Shown here piece after piece: positions 9,695-19,994 of a stretch of 64,000 nt of DNA. The notes beneath the pieces are model-generated. The model saw nothing but the letters and a program-made list of their open reading frames with translations, had not been told where the DNA came from and did not search any database. Where the stretch lies: contig OZ219747.1 of NCBI GenBank assembly GCA_964291265.2, forward strand, positions 3,456,001 through 3,520,000, read 5' to 3'. Numbering within the stretch: position 1 is the stretch's first letter; the number at the start of each line of letters is the position of its first letter. Both the position numbers and the translations under genes were made by a program. Source of the DNA: Alphaproteobacteria bacterium (GTDB taxonomy: Bacteria; Pseudomonadota; Alphaproteobacteria; SP197).

Positions 9695-10711
9695 TCAGAT
9701 GACCTTGCCCCTGAAGATCCCGGTCGGGCGAATCAGGAGCACGACGATGAGAATGATGAAACTGACGGCGAACTTGTACTCGGTCGCCAGGACCTGGGTG
9801 AGCCCCTCGGGCTGCCAGTCCTCGGGAACGAGGTAGACGAGGAACTTGCGGTAGGCATAGGTGAGGGCAATCTCCGAGAATGCTACCACGTAGCCGCCGA
9901 TGACGGCGCCGAGAGGGTGCCCGATGCCGCCGACGATGGCAGCGGCAAACGTGGGCAGAAGCAGATTGAAGTAGGTGTAGGGCCTGAAACTCTTGTCGAG
10001 GCCGTAGAGGGTGCCGGCCACGGTGGCGAGTGTTGCAGAAATGAGCCACGCCGCCATCACGACGCGCTCGGGACTGACACCGCTGAGGAGCGCAAGGTCC
10101 TCGTTGTCCGACCACGCCCTCATCGCCTTGCCGGTGCGGGTATGCTGCAGGAACCAGAAGAGCAGCGCGCCTGCAAGGCATGTCACGGCGACGGTGAGGC
10201 CCTGCGAGACCTTGATGGCGAGGCCCTCCTGCAATCCGGTCGCGTCCCTGAACTCCCGCACCTCGAGAATGAACCGCGCGCCGTCATCGAGACTCCTGTC
10301 CTTCGTGCCGATCGCCATCCGGACGAGGCCGTTCATCACCAGCATGACGCCGAAGGAGGCAATGACGAACATGATCGCCGGGCTCCTCTTGCGCCGGTGG
10401 AAACGGTAAACGCAACGATCGGTCAGAAGGCAGATGCCGATGGCGGCAGCCATGCCTGCGGGCATGGCGATCAGCGCCGTCGGCAAGGGCTTGATGGCAA
10501 GGCCGAGGTCCTGGAACAGCCAGGTCGCGAAGATCGTGACCATGGTTCCGAACGCCATGACATCGCCGTGGGCAAAATTGGCGAAGCGGAGAATGCCGAA
10601 GATGATGGTCAGGCCGAGGGCGCACAGTGCGAGTTGTGAACCGTAGGAGATACCGGGAACCAGCACGAAATTGGCGAACAGGACACCGGCGTTGAGGACA
10701 TCGTCCACCAT
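9695..10711 (-). CDS. Branched-chain amino acid ABC transporter permease (LivH-like)
   Basis: FANFAHGD, TRTGKAMRA, AAIVGGIG and RPTGIF motifs. Confidence 0.92.
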   Translation of the reverse strand: MVDDVLNAGVLFANFVLVPGISYGSQLALCALGLTIIFGILRFANFAHGDVMAFGTMVTIFATWLFQDLGLAIKPLPTALIAMPAGMAAAIGICLLTDRCVYRFHRRKRSPAIMFVIASFGVMLVMNGLVRMAIGTKDRSLDDGARFILEVREFRDATGLQEGLAIKVSQGLTVAVTCLAGALLFWFLQHTRTGKAMRAWSDNEDLALLSGVSPERVVMAAWLISATLATVAGTLYGLDKSFRPYTYFNLLLPTFAAAIVGGIGHPLGAVIGGYVVAFSEIALTYAYRKFLVYLVPEDWQPEGLTQVLATEYKFAVSFIILIVVLLIRPTGIFRGKVI

Positions 10712-11415
10712 CAGCCTCCAAGAAACGAACGGCGGACGTTGTCGTCGGCTAGCAGTTCCCTGCCGCTCGCCGCATGCCGGTTCTCGCCGGTCACGAGAAC
10801 ATAACCCCGATCGGCAATGGAAAGGGCCTGGGCGGCATTCTGCTCGACCATGAGAACCGCAACGCCGCTGGCACGGATGCCGACGATGCGATCGAAGAGA
10901 TCGTCCATCACGATCGGTGAAACACCCGCCGTCGGCTCATCGAGCATGAGAACGTCGGGCTGCGTCATCAGAGCCCGTGCAACGGCGACCTGCTGTCGCT
11001 GGCCTCCTGACAGTTCGCCGGCCGGCTGCCGCAGCCTGTCCCTGAGAACCGGAAACAGCTCGAGAATGTCTGAGAGGGTCGCCGAGGCGTCATCCCGGCG
11101 CAGGAATGCGCCCATCTCGAGATTCTCCCGGACAGTCATCCCGGCAAACACGTTGGCGGTCTGGGGCACGAAGGCCATGCCCCGCCGCACCCGCTCGCGT
11201 ATCGACAGTCCCGTGATCTCCGCATCATCGAGCATGACCCTGCCACGGCTGAGGTCGATCATGCCGAAGATGGCCCGCATGGCCGTCGACTTTCCGGACC
11301 CGTTGGGTCCGACGATGACGACGATCTCCCCCGCCTCGACCCTGATGGTGCAGCCATGGAGGATGTCGGCGCCGCCGTATCCACCCGCCATGTCTTCGCC
11401 GACGAGCACCTTCAT
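10711..11415 (-). CDS. ABC ATP-binding protein (LivF-like)
   Basis: GPNGSGKS, LSGGQRQ, MLDEP and VEQN. Confidence 0.93.
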   Translation of the reverse strand: MKVLVGEDMAGGYGGADILHGCTIRVEAGEIVVIVGPNGSGKSTAMRAIFGMIDLSRGRVMLDDAEITGLSIRERVRRGMAFVPQTANVFAGMTVRENLEMGAFLRRDDASATLSDILELFPVLRDRLRQPAGELSGGQRQQVAVARALMTQPDVLMLDEPTAGVSPIVMDDLFDRIVGIRASGVAVLMVEQNAAQALSIADRGYVLVTGENRHAASGRELLADDNVRRSFLGG

Positions 11416-12185
11416 GGCACACCACGCGCCCCCCGGCGACCGAGGTAGGCTTCGATGACGCGGGCGTCGGACGTGACGTCGAGCGCGCTTCCGGTCGTCA
11501 GCACCTTGCCCTCGGCCATGACCACCACGGGGTCACACAGGCGCGAGACAAGGTCCATGTCGTGCTCGATCATGCAGAAAGTGTAGCCGCGCTCCCGGTT
11601 GAGCCGGACGATGGCATCGCCGATGGACCGCAGCAGGGTACGGTTGACGCCGGCGCCCACCTCGTCGAGAAGCACGACCCTGGCGTCGACCATCATGGTC
11701 CGCCCCAGTTCAAGGAGCTTCTTCTGCCCCCCGGAAAGATGGCCGGCCATTTCATCCGCTACCTCATTGAGATCAAGGAACTCAATCACTTCAGAGGCTT
11801 TCCGGGCGATCTCTTCTTCTTCCCGACGGACACGTGAAGGTTGCAACCAGACCCTGACAAGTCTCTCACCGGACTGGTTTCCGGGAACCATCATCAGGTT
11901 CTCGCGCACGGTAAGGCGGGAAAACTCCCGGGCGATCTGGAAGGTTCGCAACAGGCCGCAATGAAACAGCTCGTGGGGCGGCAGGCCGGTGATGTTCCTG
12001 TCGTGAAGCCAGACCTCGCCTGAGGTCGGCGACAACATGCCGGCAATGATGTTGAAGAGCGTGGTCTTGCCGGCGCCATTGGGGCCGATGAGCCCGGTGA
12101 TCGTTCCCTCATCGATCGTCAGGGAAACGCCGTCCACGGCCCTGAGACCCCCGAAGTGCCTTGTCAGGGCCTCGATGCGGATCAT
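11412..12185 (-). CDS. ABC ATP-binding protein (LivG-like)
   Basis: GPNGAGKTT, LSGGQKKLLE, IEHDM and VIEAYLG. Confidence 0.93.
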   Translation of the reverse strand: MIRIEALTRHFGGLRAVDGVSLTIDEGTITGLIGPNGAGKTTLFNIIAGMLSPTSGEVWLHDRNITGLPPHELFHCGLLRTFQIAREFSRLTVRENLMMVPGNQSGERLVRVWLQPSRVRREEEEIARKASEVIEFLDLNEVADEMAGHLSGGQKKLLELGRTMMVDARVVLLDEVGAGVNRTLLRSIGDAIVRLNRERGYTFCMIEHDMDLVSRLCDPVVVMAEGKVLTTGSALDVTSDARVIEAYLGRRGARGVP

Positions 12186-12202
12186 GCGGGCGACCCTGCC
12201 GG

Positions 12203-12241
12203 CACCTGGATCTGGCGACCGTCAGCCGCCAGATCCAGGTG
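12203..12241. terminator. Intra-operon stem-loop after the substrate-binding gene (terminator or mRNA stabiliser)
   Basis: Perfect 15-bp stem CACCTGGATCTGGCG / CGCCAGATCCAGGTG. Confidence 0.7.
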
Positions 12242-12254
12242 AAACGCCATGGGT

Positions 12255-13463
12255 TCAGTGGATGGCGACAGTCTCGAATGCGCCGTCGACGATCGCCAGC
12301 TGCTTGTACGAACCATAGGACTCGCCGATATCGGTCAATTCCACACCCGTGGCGCCGACATAGTCGATGTCGCTCCCCTCGGCGAGGAGGACAAGGCCCC
12401 TTGCGAGGTCACCAGGCCCGATGGGCTCGCCCGGAGCGTTGGCAACCGCAAGCAGGCTGGAACTGACAGCTGCCGAGTCGGTGGAACCGGCCGCCTGGAT
12501 GGCAAGCGCAATGAGAGCCGCCGCGTCATAGGAATTGCCGCAGAATGGACAGTCTCCCGCCCTGCCGTTGTCCATGGCATAGCTGACATACTCGGCAGCT
12601 TCGGGGTCATCCGAACCCGGCAGCGTTCCGATCGTGTTGGCTGCCGCATCACCGAGCGCTTCGATGACAGTGTCACCGATCATGCCGTCCGCGATGACGA
12701 AATGCTCGAAAGCACCGGTGTCAACGGAGGCCTGGATGATTCCCTTTCCGCCCTGATCGACATAGCCGAAGACAGCGAGGTGCTCCGCGCCGGATGCGGC
12801 CAGGTTGGCGACTTCCGCGGAATAGTCCCCCTTGCCGTCCTCATGGGGAACCGTGGCGGCCACGCTTCCGCCGAGAGCCCGAAACGCTCCTTCGAAACTC
12901 GCGGCCAGGCCCTTGCCGTAGTCGTTGTTGGTGTAGGTGACGGCAATGCTTGTCACACCCTCATCCGCAAGAATCCCGGCGATCACCTCACCCTGGCGGG
13001 CATCGGAGGGGGCCGTGCGGAAGAAAAGGCCGTTGTCCTCGATCGTCGTCAGGGCGGGCGATGTTGCCGATGGCGAGACGATGACGATTCCGTTGGGTAC
13101 GGCAACATTGTTGGTAACGGCTATGGTGACACCCGAACAGTCCGCTCCCATGATCGCCACCACGGATTCGGAGGTGACGAGGCGTTCGGCGGAAGCCGTT
13201 GCCGCGGCGGCATCGATGCAGGTCGAATCGCCTCGCACGGAAACGATCGAACGGCCGTCGAGCAATGCCCCCGATGCCGTGACTTCCTCCAGGGCGAGCT
13301 CCGCCGCCGCAGCCATGTCGGGTGTGAGGGATTCAATCGGCCCGGTGAAGCCAAGCAGGACTCCGACCTTGATGTCGTCGGCCATGGCAAGCGATGCCGA
13401 CCCCATGGTCAGGCCCACCGCTGCGGCCATGGATGTGATCCGCACTGTGTTCGAGTGTCTCAT
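12255..13463 (-). CDS. ABC substrate-binding protein (Leu/Ile/Val-binding family)
   Basis: Signal peptide ending AMA-DD; IKVGVLLGFTGPIES, SPSATSP, FFRTAPSDARQG and NNDYGKG. Confidence 0.92.
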   Translation of the reverse strand: MRHSNTVRITSMAAAVGLTMGSASLAMADDIKVGVLLGFTGPIESLTPDMAAAAELALEEVTASGALLDGRSIVSVRGDSTCIDAAAATASAERLVTSESVVAIMGADCSGVTIAVTNNVAVPNGIVIVSPSATSPALTTIEDNGLFFRTAPSDARQGEVIAGILADEGVTSIAVTYTNNDYGKGLAASFEGAFRALGGSVAATVPHEDGKGDYSAEVANLAASGAEHLAVFGYVDQGGKGIIQASVDTGAFEHFVIADGMIGDTVIEALGDAAANTIGTLPGSDDPEAAEYVSYAMDNGRAGDCPFCGNSYDAAALIALAIQAAGSTDSAAVSSSLLAVANAPGEPIGPGDLARGLVLLAEGSDIDYVGATGVELTDIGESYGSYKQLAIVDGAFETVAIH

Positions 13464-13532
13464 GTCAAGTGATCTCCCGATGTTCGTGTTCCGGAACAAG
13501 GATCCCCTGCGGACCCGAAGACCTGCAGTATG

Positions 13533-14480
13533 TCACGGGGGCGGTCGACTGACAATCGAACCGGGGTCTCTCCCCAGGCCTGCCAGCGCCTCGACATGAT
13601 CGGCGCCAAGACCGCAACAGCCCCCCAGGACACGCACTCCCTGATCGATCCAGCGGCGTGCCTCGGTGACAAGATCCGCCGGACCGATGATGTCGACAAA
13701 CTGCCACTCGGGCATGCGGAAGAATCCCGAATCGGGATAGGCGCTCATCGGTCCCTTCCACCTCCGGCGCAGGATGTCCAGCGCCGGGCCGGTGGCGTGA
13801 ACACTGGTGTGCATGACACCCACAAGGTCCGGCCGGCCCTTCAGGGCCGTTTCGACACACTCGGAAAAGGGATAGTCCTCCCACGCATAGCTGACGATCT
13901 CTCCGTCGACAGACCTGGCGCTCAGGCCGCACCAGTATGGAATCCCGGTCTCGCTTGCCGCTTCCAGGGCCAGTTCCATGTGCATGGGCCGCGACATCAT
14001 CTCGAGAAGGATGAGGTCGACACCGGCCTCGCATCCCGCCGCCGCCACCTCGCGGAGATTGGCGAGCACGACGCCGGGGGGAGGCCGCAGCGCCGGATCG
14101 TCTCGCGAATCCCCGGGAATGACGGGCATCTGGTGCGAGAGGGAGAGAGCCACCGCGACATCACGACCGCCGGATGCCCGGTCACGGGCACGCTGGGCAA
14201 TCTCCACCGCCTGGCTTGTGAGATGGGCCACCCTGTCGCCGGCTCCCGCCTGTTCGAGCATGTGCCTGGCGTTGGAAAACGTGTTGGCGGTGATGATGTC
14301 CGCGCCCGAACGGATGTAGTCCTCGTGAATCTCGAGCAGCATCTGGGGCGCGAGTTCCGTGGCAAGGGCACACCAGGCGCCCGAACTCATCGGCGCCCCC
14401 CTTCTCTCGAGTTCGGTGCCCGTGGCGCCATCGAGAACGAGAATGTCGCCTCCTTGGAGACGCTGGTCCAGGGTCACCAT
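13533..14480 (-). CDS. Homocysteine S-methyltransferase family protein
   Basis: LDGATGTEL, GADIITANTF and LGGCCG zinc-binding motif. Confidence 0.9.
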   Translation of the reverse strand: MVTLDQRLQGGDILVLDGATGTELERRGAPMSSGAWCALATELAPQMLLEIHEDYIRSGADIITANTFSNARHMLEQAGAGDRVAHLTSQAVEIAQRARDRASGGRDVAVALSLSHQMPVIPGDSRDDPALRPPPGVVLANLREVAAAGCEAGVDLILLEMMSRPMHMELALEAASETGIPYWCGLSARSVDGEIVSYAWEDYPFSECVETALKGRPDLVGVMHTSVHATGPALDILRRRWKGPMSAYPDSGFFRMPEWQFVDIIGPADLVTEARRWIDQGVRVLGGCCGLGADHVEALAGLGRDPGSIVSRPPP

Positions 14481-14596
14481 GTCCCGGGTTCCTCAGCACA
14501 TGGACGGACGGATGATCGCAGGCGTCACGAGCACTTGCTGAGTCCCCTCAATCATGCATTAATTGCCCACTACAAAATCGGGAGGTCAACCCTGCA

Positions 14597-15685
14597 ATGA
14601 TCAGCCATCCTATCAATCGGCGCTTGGTCCTGAAAGGCACGGCAGCGGCAGGGGGCGTGCTCGCCGCGCCTTCTGTTCTGCGCCGCGCCTGGGCTGCGGA
14701 GCCGATCAAGGTCTCGTCCTACGGCGGCTACTTCGAGGACATGCTGTCCCAGTACGCCTACCCCGCCTTCACCAAGGAGACGGGCATCGAGGTCGAGACC
14801 GTGTCCCAGCCAGGTGGATTCCAGTGGTTCGTGACCCTGAAGAACAGCATCGCTGCCGGCAATCCCGCGGTTGACATCACCATGGCGGCTCAGGGTTCGA
14901 TGCGTCGGATCACGGAAGTCTTCATTCCCCTGGACGAAGCGAGCATTCCCAACCTCCAGAACGTCCATGACTACCTCATCCTGCGCAATGGCAAGGGGAG
15001 CCCGATCGGAGCGCCGGTGCTGGCCTGGTATGCCACCTTCGTCACCAACACGGAGAGGTGGCCGGATCCCCCTGTCTCGTGGGGTGACGCCTGGGACCCC
15101 AAGTTCGAGGGCGAGCTTGGGTGGGGGCGACCGCTGACCTCGAGTTATCTCATCGATGTCATCATCACGGTGTTCTATGACGGCAACAAGGAGATGATGG
15201 AAACCGACGAAGGCCTCATCACCTGCATGGAAAAGGCCGCCGAACTGAAGAACAACGTGCGCCTCTGGTTCAACGACGAAGGCCAGTTCCAGGCGATGTT
15301 GCAGTCGGGTGAGTTGACTGCCGGTCAGTACTATCACGACGTCACATGGGTGATGGCCGCCGACGGCTTTCCGGTGCGTTCGACCTTCCCCAGGGAAGGC
15401 GGGATCATCGACTACGGCTCCTGGTGCATCGTCCAGGGGAGCGACAAGGTCGATGTCTGCAACGAGTTCATCAACTGGTCGGTTTCTCCCGAAGCGCAGA
15501 CCGTGATCACGGACAACCTGTGGACGGCGCCTGTTCTGGCCCGCGGCATGCTGCCGGACCTCAGCGATGAGGCGTTCGAACGGGCCTCGAGCACGATCAA
15601 GCCGATCATCCCCAGCTACCAGCTCTACGTCGACAGGGGTGACTGGCTTGACGAGAAGTGGGAGGAATTCCTGGCAGACGTGTGA
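14597..15685 (+). CDS. Tat-exported PotD/PotF-like ABC substrate-binding protein (orphan)
   Basis: NRRLVLKG twin-arginine signal; SSYGGYF, FTKETGI, PREG and FINW...PEAQ. No permease or ATPase adjacent. Confidence 0.85.
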   Translation: MISHPINRRLVLKGTAAAGGVLAAPSVLRRAWAAEPIKVSSYGGYFEDMLSQYAYPAFTKETGIEVETVSQPGGFQWFVTLKNSIAAGNPAVDITMAAQGSMRRITEVFIPLDEASIPNLQNVHDYLILRNGKGSPIGAPVLAWYATFVTNTERWPDPPVSWGDAWDPKFEGELGWGRPLTSSYLIDVIITVFYDGNKEMMETDEGLITCMEKAAELKNNVRLWFNDEGQFQAMLQSGELTAGQYYHDVTWVMAADGFPVRSTFPREGGIIDYGSWCIVQGSDKVDVCNEFINWSVSPEAQTVITDNLWTAPVLARGMLPDLSDEAFERASSTIKPIIPSYQLYVDRGDWLDEKWEEFLADV

Positions 15686-15705
15686 TCCTGCCGGTGTCAT
15701 TCCGA

Positions 15706-15746
15706 GAGAGGGACCCGGGAGTCGTCCCCGGTCCCTCTCCTGTTTC
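15706..15746 (+). terminator. Stem-loop / probable intrinsic terminator
   Basis: GAGAGGGACC-C-GGGA GTCG TCCC-C-GGTCCCTCTC followed by CTGTTT. Confidence 0.6.
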
Positions 15747-15814
15747 GGGCTTGACCGACCCGTGCATCTGCCGTGACAATCCCCCGCGACGGTTCATGTT
15801 GGGGGTGTCACAGC

Positions 15815-17050
15815 GTGTCTCCTGCGAGTCCTGTCACGCTTCGTGATCTGCTGAAGCGCCAGCAGCCCGGGATGACGCTCGAGCAGCCGTTCTACACGGA
15901 TCCGGCGATCTTCGAGGATGACCTCGGTCGCATTGTCGCCAGACAGTGGCTCTACGTGGACCACATCTCCGCCATTCCCCGACCCGGAGACGTTCTCACC
16001 TACGAGATTGCCGGCGAATCGATCATCCTGGTGCGAGGCAGGGACCGCAAGGTGCGCGCCTTCTTCAATGTCTGCCGCCACCGGGGGGCGAGGATCATGA
16101 CGAAGCTGTGCGACCATGTCCGCACCCTCACCTGCCCCTATCACGCGTGGACCTGAGACCTTGAGGGCAAACTCGTCAGGGCACGATCGATGGCCGACGA
16201 TTTCCGCCCGGAGGACTGGCCGCTTCACGCGTGCAGGACACGCATCTATCAGGGGCTTGTCTTCATCTGCCTTGCGCACGATGACGATGACACCGTCATC
16301 GAGTTCGATTCGATTGCCGATCGCTTCGACCCCTACATCGAGAACCACTGCCTCGGCACGGCGAAGGTCGCCGCACGCAAGGCCTATCCCACGGCGGGGA
16401 ACTGGAAACTCGCGGTGGAGAACTTTCGGGAGTGCTACCACTGCGCTCCGGCGCACCCCGGTTACACGTCGGTCAACGCCTATGTGCTCGATGGAGAGCG
16501 TGACCGGCAGGCGCGCTGTGAGACCGTGGCCGTCTGGGCCGCGACCTGGGAGGAACGGGGGGTCGTCACGCGCAGCACGGGGCTCTGGGGAGACGGTTTC
16601 GATGAACGCCAGCCCCATGCGGCCATGCGGCAGCCCATCAGGGAGGGCTACAGGACGCTCTCGAGGGATGGCCGACCCGTGGCTCCGCTCATGGGCCAGC
16701 TCACCGACTGGGATGGCGGAGAGACACTCATGGTGTTCGGACCGCTGTTCTATGTCTACCTTGCCGGGGATCATGCGACGCTCTTTCGCTTCACGCCTGT
16801 CCACGCGACCCATACGGATGTGGAGGTGACATGGCTTGTCAACGGCCATGCGCGCGCAGGCGCGGACTACGATGAGGAGCGCCTCACGTGGATGTGGGAC
16901 GTCACCACCATCGAAGACACCAGGATCATCAGCGACAACCAGCTCGGCGTGAATTCGAGGCGCTATCGACCGGGCCGATACTCCACGAGAGAGCTGGCAA
17001 CGGCGAATTTCGTCGAGTGGTACAAGAGACGCATGGGAGACGGCTCATGA
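15815..17050 (+). pseudogene. Rieske non-heme iron oxygenase alpha subunit (GbcA/Stc2-like N-demethylase type) with in-frame TGA
   Basis: NVCRHRG...TCPYHAWT Rieske motif, then TGA at 16154-16156 in frame with DLEGKL...; mononuclear Fe motif NWKLAVENFRECYHC...HP downstream. Confidence 0.85.
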
Positions 17051-17865
17051 CCATCGAACTGAGGAAGATTGAATCGGCATCCGACACACCGGGTCTGGCC
17101 GAGGCCCTCGAGGCCGACGGCGCCGCCATCGTGAAACGGGCGCTTTCCCCTGCGCAGTTGGCCACCCTCAATGAGGATTTCGACCGGGCCCTCGATGGCA
17201 TCGAACCCGGGCTGCGCCATCCTCCGTCACAGTTCTACGTCGAGTTCTACGGCAGCAGGACGATCAGAATTGATGGGCTGCCCGGCAAGTCGAGGGCCTT
17301 CGTAGGCCTTCTCGAAGACTCGTTCATGACCCGCATCGCCGACCGGCTGATCCTTCCCCACTGCCAGCACTACCTGCTCAACACCGGACAGCTCATTCAG
17401 ATCGGACCCGGAGAGAGCGACCAGTGGCTGCACCGGGACGAGAACGCCTGGTCCCATCTCGCGCCGCCTCATCTCCTGCAGGTGGAAGCGATGTTCGCGC
17501 TGACGCGTTTCACGAGGGAGAATGGCTGCACGCGGGTTGTCCCGGGCAGCCATCTCTGGGAGCGCGACCGGGAAGCGAAAGAGAGCGAGACAGGCCGTGC
17601 CGAGATGGATGCCGGCGATGCCCTCGTCTACCTGGGCTCGACGATCCACGGCGGCGGCGCCAACTCGACACTGGACGAGTGGCGGCGGGGCATGTTCTTC
17701 GGCCTCGTCGTCGGCTGGTTGCGCACCGAAGAGAACCTCTTCCTCACCGTGCCTTTCGAGGAGGTCAGGGAGATGCCGGAAGTCGTCCGGGAACGCTTGG
17801 GATACCGTGCCCATGACGGCATCGGTGTCGTCGATGTCGGGGACCCGATGGCACTCTTCCGGTGA
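17047..17865 (+). CDS. Phytanoyl-CoA dioxygenase (PhyH) family Fe/2OG dioxygenase
   Basis: QWLHRD (HxD), FTRENGCTRVVPGSHLW and GSTIHGGGAN...R; ATGA overlap with the upstream stop. Confidence 0.9.
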   Translation: MTIELRKIESASDTPGLAEALEADGAAIVKRALSPAQLATLNEDFDRALDGIEPGLRHPPSQFYVEFYGSRTIRIDGLPGKSRAFVGLLEDSFMTRIADRLILPHCQHYLLNTGQLIQIGPGESDQWLHRDENAWSHLAPPHLLQVEAMFALTRFTRENGCTRVVPGSHLWERDREAKESETGRAEMDAGDALVYLGSTIHGGGANSTLDEWRRGMFFGLVVGWLRTEENLFLTVPFEEVREMPEVVRERLGYRAHDGIGVVDVGDPMALFR

Positions 17866-18104
17866 TGCCGTGCCACAAACACCGCATCCTTAACGGGCAT
17901 GGCGGTCACCCTGGCTGTCTCGTCTTGAGGAGGCGGCCAACCTCCCCATGAAGGTGTCCGGAACGGATCACGTGGAAGAGCGATCATGGCCTCGATCATG
18001 AACGAGAGCGGACCGTGTTGTCAGTGCTTTGTTGGCAGATCCTCAGAAGGACCGGAACCGACCGGAGTCAGTGATCACTGCATGAGCGAACGCTCACAAG
18101 GAAC

Positions 18105-18974
18105 GTGCCCGTGAAAGCCCTTCATGACGATTTCGGCGTCGAGGTCCGCGGCATTGACCTGCGGGATGCGGCCGCGCACTACCCACGAATTCGCGAGGCA
18201 TTCGAAGACCATTCCGTGCTGCTGTTCCGCGATCAGTGCCTTGACGACGAGGCGCACCTTGCCCTTGGGAGTCTGTTCGGCGTTATCGAGGTCAGACAGA
18301 AGAATCCGCAGGAACACGAAGCCCGGATGTCGATGGTATCGAACCGGCAGGACGACGGTCGCCTCCTCGGCGAACAGAGCGCCCGGTTCATGCACCTGAA
18401 GGCGAACCAGCTCTGGCACACTGACAGCACCTTCCTGCCCGCGCCGGCACTCGCCAACATCCTCGCCGCCCGCAAGCTGCCGACATCCGGCGGCGAAACG
18501 GAATTCGTCTCGACCCGGGCGGCGTGGCGCGACCTTCCCGAGGCCACCAGGGCACGGGTGCGCGAACTCGTCCTGCATCATCGCTACGCGCATTCGCGCC
18601 AGGCGGTTTCGCCGGCCGCGGCCGCCCTCGACGAGGTCGCCATGTGGCCGAGGACGGCATGGCGGGCCGTATGGTCCAACCCCGCCAACGGGGAGGAAGC
18701 TCTCTACATCGCTTCCCATGTCTGCGGTGTCGTCGGCATGGGCGAGAGGGAAGGCCGCCGATTGATCGACGAACTGGTTGCGTTCTCGACGGAACCGGCC
18801 CGCATCTACAGCCACCGGTGGTCTCCCGGTGACGTGATCATCTGGGACGAGCGCGCAACCATGCATCGTGGTCGTCCCTGGCCCCATGATCAGGAACGCA
18901 CCCTGGCCAGTATCTGCATCACGGCCAGCGAGGCGGACGGACTCGCAGCGGTCCGGCCCGTTCCTGCCGCGTGA
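18105..18974 (+). CDS. TauD/TfdA family Fe/2OG dioxygenase
   Basis: WHTDSTF, GGETEF, HRWSPGDVIIWDERATMHRG. Confidence 0.92.
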   Translation: MPVKALHDDFGVEVRGIDLRDAAAHYPRIREAFEDHSVLLFRDQCLDDEAHLALGSLFGVIEVRQKNPQEHEARMSMVSNRQDDGRLLGEQSARFMHLKANQLWHTDSTFLPAPALANILAARKLPTSGGETEFVSTRAAWRDLPEATRARVRELVLHHRYAHSRQAVSPAAAALDEVAMWPRTAWRAVWSNPANGEEALYIASHVCGVVGMGEREGRRLIDELVAFSTEPARIYSHRWSPGDVIIWDERATMHRGRPWPHDQERTLASICITASEADGLAAVRPVPAA

Positions 18975-19239
18975 ATCCACCCGGAATGACACGCCACCTG
19001 GCGACGCAGGAGGAACAGGGACCGGTCCTGCCGCCGGATCACCTGTCACCGTGGCGTCAATCCCTGCGCGAGAACGGTGGGGACATGCGCGGTCCACCAC
19101 CGGAATCGTCGTGCTGCCGGCGCCCTTCGCAAGTCGACGGAGGAGGCCTCGGCCTGAGGAGACGGGAAGCAAGCCACATCCGGGAGAACACTGACCCGTC
19201 AAGCGCACAGCCTCTTCCCGGAGCGGCACGCCTGGCGGT

Positions 19240-19315
19240 TGGTGAGCCCGGAAGGATTCGAACCTTCGACCGCCTGATTAAAAGTCAGATGCTCTGCCAG
19301 CTGAGCTACGGGCTC
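19240..19315 (-). tRNA. tRNA-Lys (anticodon UUU)
   Basis: Reverse complement GAGCCCGTAGCTCAGCTGG...CTGAC-TTTTAA-TCAG...GGTTCGAATCC...GGGCTCACCA; 76 nt with encoded CCA. Confidence 0.97.
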
Positions 19316-19440
19316 TCGCGGAAACGAAGAAGGACAAGGGAAAACGGGCGGCAGGCAACCTAGTGACTGCCTGGCTCCCGGTCAAGTTTCAGCCGCTGTC
19401 GCCGGTTGTTCCCGTGGTGGAATTGCATGATGCCGGGCGC

Positions 19441-19990
19441 ATGGCGAGCTCACTCCGCACTGCGGAAGATATCGAGGGGTTCGGTCGGGACCTTGACCGC
19501 TTCGGGTACCGCATGGCAAGCGTGCTCGATGCGAACAGGCCCGCTCATGCCATCAAGGCCGTGGAGCGCACCGCCGGACGTGGACAACAGCACTCGGCGG
19601 ATGCCGACGAGTGGCGGCGTGCCAGCGATGAATGGGATGGTCCTCTTGACTTCACACGCGCCAACGGGTGCACCCCGGCCCTCATCTTTCCGCCTGCGGG
19701 CCGGACCCGGATGGGCTGTTGAGCGAGTGCATGCGGAAGCGCCTGCCGGCAGTGTGGTCATGTGGGATGCCCGTGCATGGCATGGTTCGGGCTGCAACAC
19801 GACGGATACCAACCGCATGGGTGCGAGCATCACCTGCCGTGGTCCACAGTTTCGGCCATTGCGGAACCATGCACCGGCCATCCGCCACGAGGTCCATGCA
19901 TCGCTTGACGATACCATGTGTACCTTGCCGGGTTTCGCCTCTTGTCAGTCTACGGCGCTACCGTTGACAATGAGGCCACGTTCGCCCGAC
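19441..19990 (+). pseudogene. Degraded PhyH-family dioxygenase
   Basis: Fragments in different frames: DLDRFGY, DFTRANGCT and AEAPAGSVVMWDARAWHGSGCN...R. Boundaries approximate. Confidence 0.7.
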
Positions 19991-19994
19991 CCGG

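Noticed and set aside
16154-16156. Selenocysteine codon
   Set aside because: The aligned residue is aromatic rather than Cys, and the downstream hairpin loop is closer than in typical bacterial SECIS elements; kept only as a low-probability read-through note.
5980-19315. Genomic island integrated at tRNA-Lys
   Set aside because: No integrase, and no convincing duplication of the tRNA 3' end (only a weak GGCGAGCCC match near 5981).
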